DNA of 31,464 nucleotides, counting the filler, from Candidatus Babelota bacterium (GTDB lineage Bacteria > JAGOBX01), in NCBI GenBank assembly GCA_017999075.1. It is 5 parts of 5 records of this genome, joined end to end, with 100 filler letters (N's around TTAATTAATTAA, not from the genome) between each part and the next. Parts side by side here need not be neighbours in the genome. Positions count along the whole stretch, not along the records: positions 1 to 16,899 come from JAGOBX010000018.1; 4 more parts are not named here. The stretch is one strand, 5' to 3'. The notes under the pieces were generated by a model. It saw only the letters and a list, made by a program, of their open reading frames with translations. It was not told the DNA's origin and did not search any database. A program made the position numbers and the translations under genes. Numbering within the stretch: position 1 is the stretch's first letter; the number at the start of each line of letters is the position of its first letter. This document shows positions 1 through 9,210 of the stretch, one piece after another.

Positions 1-2
1 AA

Positions 3-1295
3 TGGATTGAGGCGATACCATACACTCGGAATGTTAATAAATTAAAGAGGGTGCTAAAATCTCCTTTAATGTATGGGGCAAATGAAACGGCAGAATTAGA
101 AGATATAACATTGCCGCGATATATTAGAATTACTGACTTTAATAATAATGGTATTTTACAAGATGATACTTTTAAATCATTACCGCTTGAAAAAGCAGAT
201 GGCTATTATTTAAAAGATGGCGATATACTATTTGCAAGAAGCGGAGCAACTGTTGGTAAAACTTTTCAATTTAAAAATTATAATGGAAGGGCTTGTTTCG
301 CCGGATATTTAATTAAAGCTTCTGTTAATTCTTATAAAATATTATCGGATTATCTATATTACTATACTCAATCACCTGCGTATGATAACTGGAAAAACAT
401 AATATTTACTCAAGCAACAATTCAAAATATAAGCGCTACAAAATATGATTATTTAGAAATTTCTTATCCTTCAATAGACGAACAAAAAATAATCGTTAAA
501 TTTCTTGATAAAACCTGCGACTCAATTGATAAGGCGGTTGAACTCAAACAAAAACAAATTGAAAAATTGGATGATTTACGAAAATCTATAATTCATAATG
601 CTGTTACAAAAGGGCTTGATGCTTCCGTTGAAATGAAAGATTCGGGTATTGAATGGCTCGGCAAAATTCCGAAACATTGGGAAGTCGTAAAATTAAAAAG
701 ATTTCTAATATCACCTTTAATGTATGGCGCAAATGAAATTGCAGAATTTGATGATGTTGATTTACCAAGATATCTTAGAATTACTGATTTTGACGAGAAC
801 GGTAATTTAAGAGAAGATACTTTTAAATCACTTCCTATTGATAAAGCAGAAGGATATTATCTTAAAACTGGCGATGTTCTATTTGCCAGAAGTGGCGCAA
901 CCGTCGGTAAAACATTTCAATTTAAAAATTACAATGGAAAAGCATGTTTTGCCGGATATTTAATTAAAGCTTCAGTTAATGAAACTAAATTATTATCTAA
1001 TTATCTTTATTATTTTACAAAATCTCCTTCTTATGATTCATGGAAAAATAATATTTTCACTCAATCTACAATTCAAAATATCAGCGCAACAAAATATGAT
1101 TATTTACCCTTGTCTGTTCCTGAAATTAAGGAGCAAAAACAAATCGTTGAATATTTAGATGACAAACTTGATAAAATTTTAAAAATAAAAGAAAATTTAC
1201 AAAAGCAAATTGAGAAATTGCAGGATTATAGAAAATCAATAATTCACGAATGTGTAACAGGCAAACGCCGGATAACTGAAAAAGATATTTTATGA
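3..1295 (+). CDS. hsdS: Type I restriction-modification specificity subunit (5'-truncated by window edge)
   Basis: TRD-CR-TRD-CR architecture. Central conserved region reads KSIIHNAVTKGLD..MKDSGIEWLGKIPKHW and the C-terminus RKSIIHECVTGK. The frame is open from base 3 (WIEAIPYTRNVNKLKR), so the true start is upstream. Confidence 0.96.
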   Translation, partial: WIEAIPYTRNVNKLKRVLKSPLMYGANETAELEDITLPRYIRITDFNNNGILQDDTFKSLPLEKADGYYLKDGDILFARSGATVGKTFQFKNYNGRACFAGYLIKASVNSYKILSDYLYYYTQSPAYDNWKNIIFTQATIQNISATKYDYLEISYPSIDEQKIIVKFLDKTCDSIDKAVELKQKQIEKLDDLRKSIIHNAVTKGLDASVEMKDSGIEWLGKIPKHWEVVKLKRFLISPLMYGANEIAEFDDVDLPRYLRITDFDENGNLREDTFKSLPIDKAEGYYLKTGDVLFARSGATVGKTFQFKNYNGKACFAGYLIKASVNETKLLSNYLYYFTKSPSYDSWKNNIFTQSTIQNISATKYDYLPLSVPEIKEQKQIVEYLDDKLDKILKIKENLQKQIEKLQDYRKSIIHECVTGKRRITEKDIL

Positions 1296-1301
1296 AATTA
1301 A

Positions 1302-1367
1302 CTTCGCGACCTTCCTGTAGAAGATTTTGAACAGGAAGAGCGCAAAGAACCGCGAAGAAATAAGAGG
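1302..1367. repeat. Palindromic repeat unit 1 (upstream of GxxExxY gene), ending in an RBS
   Basis: CTTCGCGACCTTCCTGT-12 nt-ACAGGAAGAGCGCAAAGAACCGCGAAGAAATAAGAGG, with an 8-bp perfect core stem at 1311-1318/1331-1338. Confidence 0.92.
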
Positions 1368-1374
1368 TAATCAA

Positions 1375-1752
1375 ATGGAATTCGATACATTATCAAATGA
1401 AATAATCGGTTGCGCTATTGAAGTCCATAAAACTTTAGGACCCGGATTATTAGAAAAAACATATTTGAAATGCCTTGAATACGAACTAAAAAAGATTGGC
1501 CATAAAGTAGAAACAGAAAAAGAATTGCCCGTAAAATACAAAGATATTGTAATTGATTTCGGTTACAGAATGGATATTGTTGTTAATAATGAAATAATTG
1601 TCGAACTTAAAAGCGTAAAAGAAATGAGTCAAATTTATGAAGCGCAAATATTAACCTATATGAAATTATCAGAAATAAAAGTTGGATTACTTATCAATTT
1701 TAATGTTTTAAAATTAAAAGACGGATTGAGACGATTTGTATTAAAATTCTAA
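1375..1752 (+). CDS. GxxExxY protein (PD-(D/E)xK nuclease superfamily)
   Basis: Motifs IIGCAIEVHKTLGPGLLEKTY, YRMDIVV, IIVELK, QILTYM and GLLINF. ATG at 1375 follows AAGAGG (1362-1367) and is preferred over the TTG at 1327, which lies inside the repeat. Confidence 0.95.
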   Translation: MEFDTLSNEIIGCAIEVHKTLGPGLLEKTYLKCLEYELKKIGHKVETEKELPVKYKDIVIDFGYRMDIVVNNEIIVELKSVKEMSQIYEAQILTYMKLSEIKVGLLINFNVLKLKDGLRRFVLKF

Positions 1753-1828
1753 CTTCGCGCCCTTCGCGACCTTCCTGTAAATTTTTTTTAAACAGGAAGA
1801 ACGCGAAGAACCACGAAGAAATAAGAGG
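1753..1828. repeat. Palindromic repeat unit 2 (downstream of GxxExxY gene), ending in the hsdR RBS
   Basis: CTTCGCGCCCTTCGCGACCTTCCTGT-13 nt-ACAGGAAGAACGCGAAGAACCACGAAGAAATAAGAGG. Left arm 18/18 and right arm 34/37 identical to unit 1. Confidence 0.92.
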
Positions 1829-1837
1829 ATATTTTTT

Positions 1838-4753
1838 ATGTTTGAAGGACCTGAAAAAAAATTTCAGAATCATATCGCGAAATTTTTATTACGGGAACAT
1901 CACTATTCATTATTAGACCAAACAGATATAACCGATACCGATTATTACATTGCTGAAGAGCATTTAATTACATTTATTAAAACAACACAAAAACAAACCT
2001 ACCAAAAACTCGAAGAACAATACAGCGCAGACGCAAGAAACGAAATTTTACGGTCATTAAAGAAAGAATTACAATTCACTCCGCTGTGGCTGATTATCAG
2101 GCAGGGACTTACAGTCCGCGACCTTGAATTTAAATTATTTTATCCGAAACCTCGTTCAAAAGAAAGCATTGCAAATGAATATTATAAAGAAAACCGAATT
2201 GCTTTTAAAGATGAATTGCAAATAAAAGATTCAAAACGCCCTGATTTTGTTTTGTATCTGAACGGTCTGCCGATTATTACTATTGAATTAAAACACGAAA
2301 AAAATCAAACACTTCACGATGCAGTTCATCAATATGCCTGCCGCAATCATACTGACAAAATATTTCAATTGCCGTTTATTCATATAGCCGCTGATAATTC
2401 TGATGTAATGATTGCAACTGACCCTTCGGTAGAAAATAATTTTCGCTGGTATAACAGCGGTTTGACGAATGAACGAATTACAGACGACGAATACCCGATT
2501 GAATACTTATACAGAAATGTTTTATCCCAGGAATCAATTTTTGAGATGCTGTCATTTTATCTTATTTATGTTCCGGTAAAAGATAATGAGAAATCTTTTA
2601 CAATTTTCCCGCGGTATCACCAATCGCGTATGGTAAATAAAGTTGAGAATGATATATTAGAGCATTATACAAAAACCAATAATCTTGGCAAAAAATATTT
2701 AATAAATCATTCTGCCGGTTCAGGTAAAACTTTATCAATCTGCTGGCTTGCTGATAAATTGCATAGTTTATATAATCAGACAACAAATGAAAAAGCCGTT
2801 AATATGATATTTATATTGACGGACAGAAAATCATTGGATAAAAATATTCGCGATGATATGGATAAATTTACGCATTTAAAGGATATTGCAGCTTACGCGA
2901 AAAAGTCTTCTGATTTAAAAAAATATATTTGCGAAACAAAAGAACAGATAATTGTTTCTACAATCCAGAAATTTGATTACATACTTGAGGAAATCAAGAA
3001 TAATCAGGAATTAAAATCAGTGCGCGTTGCTTTTTTATTAGACGAAGCGCATAGGTCGCAGGAAGGCAAAATGGGAACTGCTATCCGCGCGCCGTTTAGA
3101 GATAAAGATGTTGCTGACGATACTGATGAAACTGAAAGCGATGACGAAGAAAATATTGCGCGGATTATTAAAGCGTATGACCATAATCAAATGTTTGTGG
3201 CATTTACCGCAACGCCTTCGCCCGCGACACTGCAATTATTCGGCGAACCATTCGACATATATTCGGAATCAGAAGCTATTACCGAAGGATATATACTTGA
3301 TGTCGCGGAAAATATTATTTCATATCAAACGCTCTATAATCTTCATTGTTCATTTATTCCCAATCAAGATGATGAAAAATTATATCCGAAAGGAGTAGTC
3401 GCAAAAGCATTAAAAAATGTTGCGTATCAGGATTCAGAACTTATTCAATATAAATCGGAAGTTATGCTCAGAATTTTTGAAGAAAAAATTAAACCTTTAA
3501 TAAACGGCAAAGCAAAGGCAATGATTGTAACTTCTTCGCGGATTGCAGGATTGACATATTTTAACATTATAAAAAAGAAATTGGAAGAACGGCATTACTG
3601 CGATTATAAGGCATTATACGCATTTTCGGATTTTACGCTTCCTGATACAAATGAACTCATTACCGAATATGCGGTTAATGAACTTAATCCCGGCGAAGAT
3701 ATTGAAGAACGCTTTGAAAAAGATGAATACAGGATAATGATAGTTGCTAACAAATTTCAGACAGGATTCGACCAACCTTTGCTTGCAGGTATGTTTCTTG
3801 ATAAACCGGTAATGGATAGAAACGCAGTGCAGACCGTTTCAAGATTAAACCGCTGTCATAATGATAAAAAGTCAGTTGTGGTTGTTGATTTTACTAATAA
3901 CGCTAAAGCAATAATGAAAGCATTTAAGAAATACAGAAAAGGAAAGCCGTTTGAAGAAACTGAACCTGACAAAGAAAAGTGCGTTCAACTATATAATGAA
4001 ATTATGGCTTATGAATTATTTACTAATTCAGACGCTGAAAAAATAGTGGAATTATTAGCTGAAAATGAAGACGCGCAAATACAATATTTTGTTAATGCTT
4101 TAAGAAACAGGTTTAATAATAAAATTCACGATTCGGATAATCGCAAAGAATTCGTATATTTATTGGAGCGGTTTGTAAAATCATATTATTTTCTTGCCTG
4201 TTTTTTTCAGTATTCAAATGAAATAAATAAATTCGCTGTATTCTCAGAATATGTTGGAAGCCAGCTTATTAAGATTGGAACAGTATCGGATTTGATGAAA
4301 CGAATGCGGAATACGCAGGTAGTTAAAGCATACGTTAAATACACAGGCGAAGTAAGAATGCCGGATGGACAGATAAAAACCAAAGGCGGCGGGCAAAATC
4401 AAGGCGGAAAAATTCCGATAAAAAAAATATCTGTTCAGGATATGATAAATGAGATTAAAGAGAAGTTTAAAATAACCGATGAGGAAGCGTTATATATCAA
4501 AAAAATCACTGATGAAAAAATTCAGGACACCAGAATTTTAAACACAATCGAATTGCATAAAGACGATACTTTATATCTGGAAAATACATATTCTAAACAG
4601 ATAAATAAAGATATTCAGGACGCATTTGAGGATAACGGAAAAGTTGAAACATTGGTTGATCCGAAATATATTGAGCCCGGCGCAATTATTGATATTATGG
4701 CATATCTGATAATTCAGTTTGGTTTGCAAAGAAGTCGGTTGGTTTTAAAGTAA
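1838..4753 (+). CDS. hsdR: Type I restriction enzyme R subunit (nuclease + SF2 translocase)
   Basis: RPD..YLNGLPIITIELK nuclease motif, HSAGSGKT Walker A, DEAH, FTATP, QTGFDQP and QTVSRLNR. 971 aa, downstream of hsdS. Confidence 0.96.
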   Translation: MFEGPEKKFQNHIAKFLLREHHYSLLDQTDITDTDYYIAEEHLITFIKTTQKQTYQKLEEQYSADARNEILRSLKKELQFTPLWLIIRQGLTVRDLEFKLFYPKPRSKESIANEYYKENRIAFKDELQIKDSKRPDFVLYLNGLPIITIELKHEKNQTLHDAVHQYACRNHTDKIFQLPFIHIAADNSDVMIATDPSVENNFRWYNSGLTNERITDDEYPIEYLYRNVLSQESIFEMLSFYLIYVPVKDNEKSFTIFPRYHQSRMVNKVENDILEHYTKTNNLGKKYLINHSAGSGKTLSICWLADKLHSLYNQTTNEKAVNMIFILTDRKSLDKNIRDDMDKFTHLKDIAAYAKKSSDLKKYICETKEQIIVSTIQKFDYILEEIKNNQELKSVRVAFLLDEAHRSQEGKMGTAIRAPFRDKDVADDTDETESDDEENIARIIKAYDHNQMFVAFTATPSPATLQLFGEPFDIYSESEAITEGYILDVAENIISYQTLYNLHCSFIPNQDDEKLYPKGVVAKALKNVAYQDSELIQYKSEVMLRIFEEKIKPLINGKAKAMIVTSSRIAGLTYFNIIKKKLEERHYCDYKALYAFSDFTLPDTNELITEYAVNELNPGEDIEERFEKDEYRIMIVANKFQTGFDQPLLAGMFLDKPVMDRNAVQTVSRLNRCHNDKKSVVVVDFTNNAKAIMKAFKKYRKGKPFEETEPDKEKCVQLYNEIMAYELFTNSDAEKIVELLAENEDAQIQYFVNALRNRFNNKIHDSDNRKEFVYLLERFVKSYYFLACFFQYSNEINKFAVFSEYVGSQLIKIGTVSDLMKRMRNTQVVKAYVKYTGEVRMPDGQIKTKGGGQNQGGKIPIKKISVQDMINEIKEKFKITDEEALYIKKITDEKIQDTRILNTIELHKDDTLYLENTYSKQINKDIQDAFEDNGKVETLVDPKYIEPGAIIDIMAYLIIQFGLQRSRLVLK

Positions 4754-4788
4754 GTTTTTTTTCGCAAATACGGATTTGGAGATAATCA

Positions 4789-5436
4789 ATGAAACAAAAT
4801 TTTAAAGGGCCGCGTGAAAAATTATTGGAAAAAGGCGCAAAATCATTGTCTGATACTGAATTATTGGCGGTATTATTAGGCAGCAGCACTCAAAAAGCAG
4901 ATGTATTTACAATTTCAAAAAATATACTTAAAACATTAGACGCTCAAAAATCCGGCGAAATCCGATTAGAAACATTACAAAAAATCGAAGGCGTCGGACT
5001 TGCAAAAGCCTGCGTGATAATAGCGGCGCTGGAATTTTCGCGGCGCAGGATTAAACCAGAAGGAATAAAAATAACAGCGCCGACAGATATATTGCCGTTA
5101 CTACAGCATTATGCAGATAGAAAACAGGAACATTTTATTTGTATATCTGTTAACGGCGCAAATGAAGTTATTAAATTAAGGGTAGTGTCAGTAGGTTTAG
5201 TTAACAAAACACAAGCGCATCCGCGCGAAGTATTTGCCGACCCGATAACAGACAGAGCATCTGCAATAATAATAGCGCATAATCATACATCAGGCAGTTG
5301 CTCGCCATCTGCCGAAGATATTGAAATTACAAAACAACTTACAGCAGCCGGTAATACCCTCGGAATAAAATTACTGGATCACATAATCTTTAATAAAAAC
5401 GGGTATTATAGTTTTTTGGAAGAAAATGAACTTTGA
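4789..5436 (+). CDS. radC: RadC (UPF0758) JAB-domain protein with N-terminal HhH region
   Basis: PREKL..GAKSLSDTELLAVLL, IEGVGLAKA (HhH), HPREVF and HNHxSG..PS.ED...LLDHII. GGAG RBS upstream. Confidence 0.95.
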   Translation: MKQNFKGPREKLLEKGAKSLSDTELLAVLLGSSTQKADVFTISKNILKTLDAQKSGEIRLETLQKIEGVGLAKACVIIAALEFSRRRIKPEGIKITAPTDILPLLQHYADRKQEHFICISVNGANEVIKLRVVSVGLVNKTQAHPREVFADPITDRASAIIIAHNHTSGSCSPSAEDIEITKQLTAAGNTLGIKLLDHIIFNKNGYYSFLEENEL

Positions 5437-5593
5437 TATTGTTAAAATTTATATATATTGCTGATAATATTAAAAATAGTACAGAAATCACTATTATGAA
5501 AACAAGGCGATTTGATTAATTTTCTTGACAAAAATGATAATATTAATATTTTATCACAAAACAATCACAATTAATTTTGTAGGTTAAATTACT

Positions 5594-7204
5594 GTGAAAA
5601 AAAACTATCAAAATAAATCTAAAAATTCGTTTGTAAATACTGATAAAATAAAAACTATTAAAAGTTGGTATTCTGTTACAAATGGTAGAGAACGGGGCGA
5701 TCTTCAACGAGTTAGATTATTATTAAGCGATTATGATGTTGTTTCAGTATTGGAAAAAATAAACTATTATTCCATTAGTCTTTTTCATCGTAATATCTAT
5801 TATGATGAAAATGGCTTTTCCACAGAATGTCTTGTAAATTTAGCGCGATTAGCCTTATGCAAATGCCAATTAAAAAATGGTGACCTGCCTTCAGATGAGG
5901 ATATTGTTTTATTATGCTTATTTTTAAACGATGTTAATGGTATACAAAATAATAATCCCACTAAAGAAGAATTTATTAGCTATTTTATTCGCAAAACTCA
6001 ATTTTCAAAGTTTTATGATTCTCTTACTCCTGAAATTGCCAGAACAATATTAATTTTTGATAACTTTTACAATACGCTTAAAGATAACAAAAACATAAAA
6101 ATTGATATTCCAAAAGAATTTGAATCAACAACAGGGCTAACAATTATTGATTTTATAAAATGCGGGTTCGTTTTTCTTACACATATATCCAGAGGAGGAA
6201 TCAAGAATATCAATAATATTAAAGGAGATACTATAAATAAAAATATTGCAAAAATCAAAATTTTTTTTAATAATAATTCCTGTAGCATAGATGAATTCAG
6301 GCGAATGACAAATGATATTGACAATATTTTTGCATTTAATTATTTACGCAAATTTCCTTTAATAAAACTTGACAATGAAAATTATATTTGTCCAATTATT
6401 AATCTACTTTGGTTAAAATTAACCGACGGTATATATTATATTTTATTGGATCAATGTAAAGATAACTTCACAACATCATTTGGATATTTATATGAGCAAT
6501 ATGTCGGTAAAATTTTAAAATACTACAATAAATATTTTAAAGTAATACCGGAAAAAACTTATAGAATACATAATAAGCAGCAATGTAAATTTATTGACTG
6601 GTCAATTATTGATGGAGATACCGCCATTTTATTTGAATGCAAGACAAAACGATTAAATTTTGTAAATACTATTCAATCTGGTGATATCAATTCTTTCAAT
6701 ATGGATATGCAACGGGGTATTATTAGAGCAATTAAATCATTATATGATAGAATTCAGGATGTAAAAAATTATCCAGAACAATTTTCAGAATTTAGAAATA
6801 TCAAAAATTTTATTCCGGTAATATTATTATTCGAATCTTTACCTCTAATCGAACATAATTATTTTTATCAATTAATTGATGAATTATTGAAAAAAGAAAA
6901 TATTTATCATTTTTATTACTGTATTATGGATATAAACGAACTGGAAAAATTATTACCTTATATATATGAACATAACAATAAATTTCATTCATTGAGTCAA
7001 TTTTTTTTACAAAAAATGAATGATAAAAACTTTAAAAATGAATCAATAAATAATTTATTAGTTTCTTATACTTCTGAAAAAATATATAATCCTGTAATTC
7101 GAGATAAATTTGAACAGATTAAAAATGAAATTTCGATATTTGCTTTTGGTGAATCTGTTAGCGATAGTTCCAATACATCCTGTAGTGGATTAGCTCCGGC
7201 ATGA
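5594..7204 (+). CDS. Hypothetical protein with C-terminal PD-(D/E)xK-like nuclease motif
   Basis: 536-aa ORF. FGYLYEQYV...PEKTY...IDWSIIDGDTAILFECKTKR fits the E...D...ExK pattern. GTG start uncertain; TTGACA at 5525-5530 upstream. Confidence 0.65.
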   Translation: MKKNYQNKSKNSFVNTDKIKTIKSWYSVTNGRERGDLQRVRLLLSDYDVVSVLEKINYYSISLFHRNIYYDENGFSTECLVNLARLALCKCQLKNGDLPSDEDIVLLCLFLNDVNGIQNNNPTKEEFISYFIRKTQFSKFYDSLTPEIARTILIFDNFYNTLKDNKNIKIDIPKEFESTTGLTIIDFIKCGFVFLTHISRGGIKNINNIKGDTINKNIAKIKIFFNNNSCSIDEFRRMTNDIDNIFAFNYLRKFPLIKLDNENYICPIINLLWLKLTDGIYYILLDQCKDNFTTSFGYLYEQYVGKILKYYNKYFKVIPEKTYRIHNKQQCKFIDWSIIDGDTAILFECKTKRLNFVNTIQSGDINSFNMDMQRGIIRAIKSLYDRIQDVKNYPEQFSEFRNIKNFIPVILLFESLPLIEHNYFYQLIDELLKKENIYHFYYCIMDINELEKLLPYIYEHNNKFHSLSQFFLQKMNDKNFKNESINNLLVSYTSEKIYNPVIRDKFEQIKNEISIFAFGESVSDSSNTSCSGLAPA

Positions 7205-7290
7205 GCAAACTGTTTGTAGAGGAATATATTAATATTATATTGCGCTTCAGAGTGAGCGCTCAGTAAACTCATATAAATAAGGAAATTCAG

Positions 7291-8298
7291 ATGCAAACAT
7301 CAAACGGTGAAATTATAATATATCAGAATCAGGACGGCGATATAAGAATTGATGTCCGGCTGGAAGAAGAAACTGTCTGGCTGACGCAGGCAGATATGGC
7401 GTTATTGTTTAATAAAGGCAGGACAACTATTACTGAACATATAAAAAATATATTTCAGGAAGGTGAACTTAACGAAAATTCAGTATGTCGGAAATTCCGA
7501 CATACTGCCGAAGACGGGAAATCATACGATACAAATTTCTATAACCTTGATGTAATTATTTCGGTTGGATATCGCGTAAAATCTCAACAGGGCACACAGT
7601 TTCGCATTTGGGCAACTCAACGATTGAGAGAATATATTGTTAAAGGGTTTGCGTTGAATGACGATAGATTCAAAAGTGGGAGTTCAATGAATTATTTTAA
7701 TGAACTGCAGGAACGCCTCCGCCTTATTCGTGTTTCTGAAAGGTTTTTCTATCAGAAAATTAAAGATATTTATGCTACAAGTATTGACTATGACCAGAAA
7801 GACGAAAAAACAATCGAATTTTTCAAAATAGTCCAAAATAAACTGCTTTGGGCGATCAGCGAACAAACAGCAGCGGAACTGGTTTATCGCAGGGCTGACG
7901 CTTCTTTACCGCTTGTTGGTATGCAATCTTATGATAAAAAGACATCAGATAAAATCAGAAAAAGCGATGTAATAATTGCAAAAAATTATTTAAATGAAGA
8001 TGAAATAAAACTTTTGGGACTACTTGTTGAACAATATCTTGCATTTGCCGAGACAATGGCGCAGCAGCATAAACCAATGTATATGTCTGACTGGATTCAG
8101 AAATTAGACGAAATTCTAAAACTGAACGGCAGAGAACTATTAACGCACGCCGGCAATATCAGCCACGAAATGGCATTGCAAAAATCCGGCAAGGAATTCG
8201 AGAAATTTCAGGAAATACAAAAATCAATCAGCAGAGAACAAAGTTTAAAAGAAATTGAGGAAGATATCAAACATTTAAAACAAAATAAAAACAAATGA
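7291..8298 (+). CDS. rhuM: Virulence RhuM family protein
   Basis: ETVWLTQADMALLF, HIKNIF.EGEL, YNLDVIISVGYRVKS..GTQFRIWAT..LREYIVKGF, VQNKLLWA and AKNYL...E. Confidence 0.92.
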   Translation: MQTSNGEIIIYQNQDGDIRIDVRLEEETVWLTQADMALLFNKGRTTITEHIKNIFQEGELNENSVCRKFRHTAEDGKSYDTNFYNLDVIISVGYRVKSQQGTQFRIWATQRLREYIVKGFALNDDRFKSGSSMNYFNELQERLRLIRVSERFFYQKIKDIYATSIDYDQKDEKTIEFFKIVQNKLLWAISEQTAAELVYRRADASLPLVGMQSYDKKTSDKIRKSDVIIAKNYLNEDEIKLLGLLVEQYLAFAETMAQQHKPMYMSDWIQKLDEILKLNGRELLTHAGNISHEMALQKSGKEFEKFQEIQKSISREQSLKEIEEDIKHLKQNKNK

Positions 8299-9089
8299 TA
8301 AAATCAAACGAGATTTTCAATAATTGTTTGCTTTGTGACCAATGTCTAAAAAATAAATTACTTGCGCTGGAACCGGAAAAATATTATTTACCAACTCCAT
8401 GGCAGGGCGAAATCAGCGAGAAAGTCAGCATATTGTTTTTAAGTATCAATCCATCGCCGACAGTTTGCAGTAACGCAAATCTATCTTTGATTGAACAAGC
8501 GGAAAAAGGATATTCAATAAAATATGAGGATTTTATAAAACTTGAGGAATCTGGGAAAAATAAAATTTCCGAACTGATTTATTCAACGCTTGCAAATGCA
8601 GAAAACCGTAAGAGATTAGAGCAATCATTGGAAAAACGGAAATCTATTTGGACTATTACCAAAAAAGTTGCCGCAAGTTTAATGAAAATTGATGTTTCAA
8701 ACATTCGCGAATATTCAGATTATATTTTATCAGAAGTAATTCACTGCCAAACACAAACAGTCAATGAATTAGGCGAATCATTTTCAGAAATAGCGAATAT
8801 ATGTTTTAGAACCCATACGATGCAGATTATAAAAATGCTTATGAGTTTAGAATGGATAGTAATTTCAGGAAAACCAGCGCAAAATTTTATTCTTTCAAAA
8901 AATATTATAAAACTTTTAAGTGAAGAATTTAAGATTGGCGAACAAATTTTTGAAGATAAAATATTTTTAAACAAAACAATATTTTATATTAAAATAACTG
9001 ATAAAATTAAATTACTGTTTATTCCGTTTATGGGAAACGGACAATGGAAAAGCGAATATTATAATATTTTAAATAATTCACAAATATAG
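8295..9089 (+). CDS. Hypothetical protein, uracil-DNA glycosylase superfamily-like
   Basis: N-terminal CxxCxxC, PTPWQG....ILFLSINPS (UDG motif-A-like), SEVIHCQT and WIVISGKPA. ATGA overlap with the rhuM stop. Confidence 0.55.
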   Translation: MIKSNEIFNNCLLCDQCLKNKLLALEPEKYYLPTPWQGEISEKVSILFLSINPSPTVCSNANLSLIEQAEKGYSIKYEDFIKLEESGKNKISELIYSTLANAENRKRLEQSLEKRKSIWTITKKVAASLMKIDVSNIREYSDYILSEVIHCQTQTVNELGESFSEIANICFRTHTMQIIKMLMSLEWIVISGKPAQNFILSKNIIKLLSEEFKIGEQIFEDKIFLNKTIFYIKITDKIKLLFIPFMGNGQWKSEYYNILNNSQI

Positions 9090-9210
9090 CAGAATTCACC
9101 CCACTTCAAAAAAAAGAACTAATTATAAAAACAAATAATGTTTTGGGAAAACTTTTTATTATCGCGATTTCTGCCGTTATGTAAAAAAAAATGTAAAACA
9201 CATTATTGGC

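Noticed and set aside
1327-1374. N-terminal extension of the GxxExxY ORF (MNRKSAKNREE)
   Set aside because: It is translation of the repeat arm; the RBS points to ATG 1375.
1302-1828. Repeats read as a CRISPR array or as canonical integron attC sites
   Set aside because: There are only two copies, separated by a whole gene, with no cas genes, no intI and no RYYYAAC/GTTRRRY end pair.
7195-7203. CTCCGGCAT shared with the tRNA 5' end region, as a possible second att copy
   Set aside because: The match is only 9 bp and corresponds to the tRNA 5' end rather than the 3' end normally duplicated; likely chance.
7241-7262. Short GCGCT...AGCGC hairpin upstream of rhuM
   Set aside because: The stem is short, has no U-tract and occurs once; not enough to call a terminator or recombination site.
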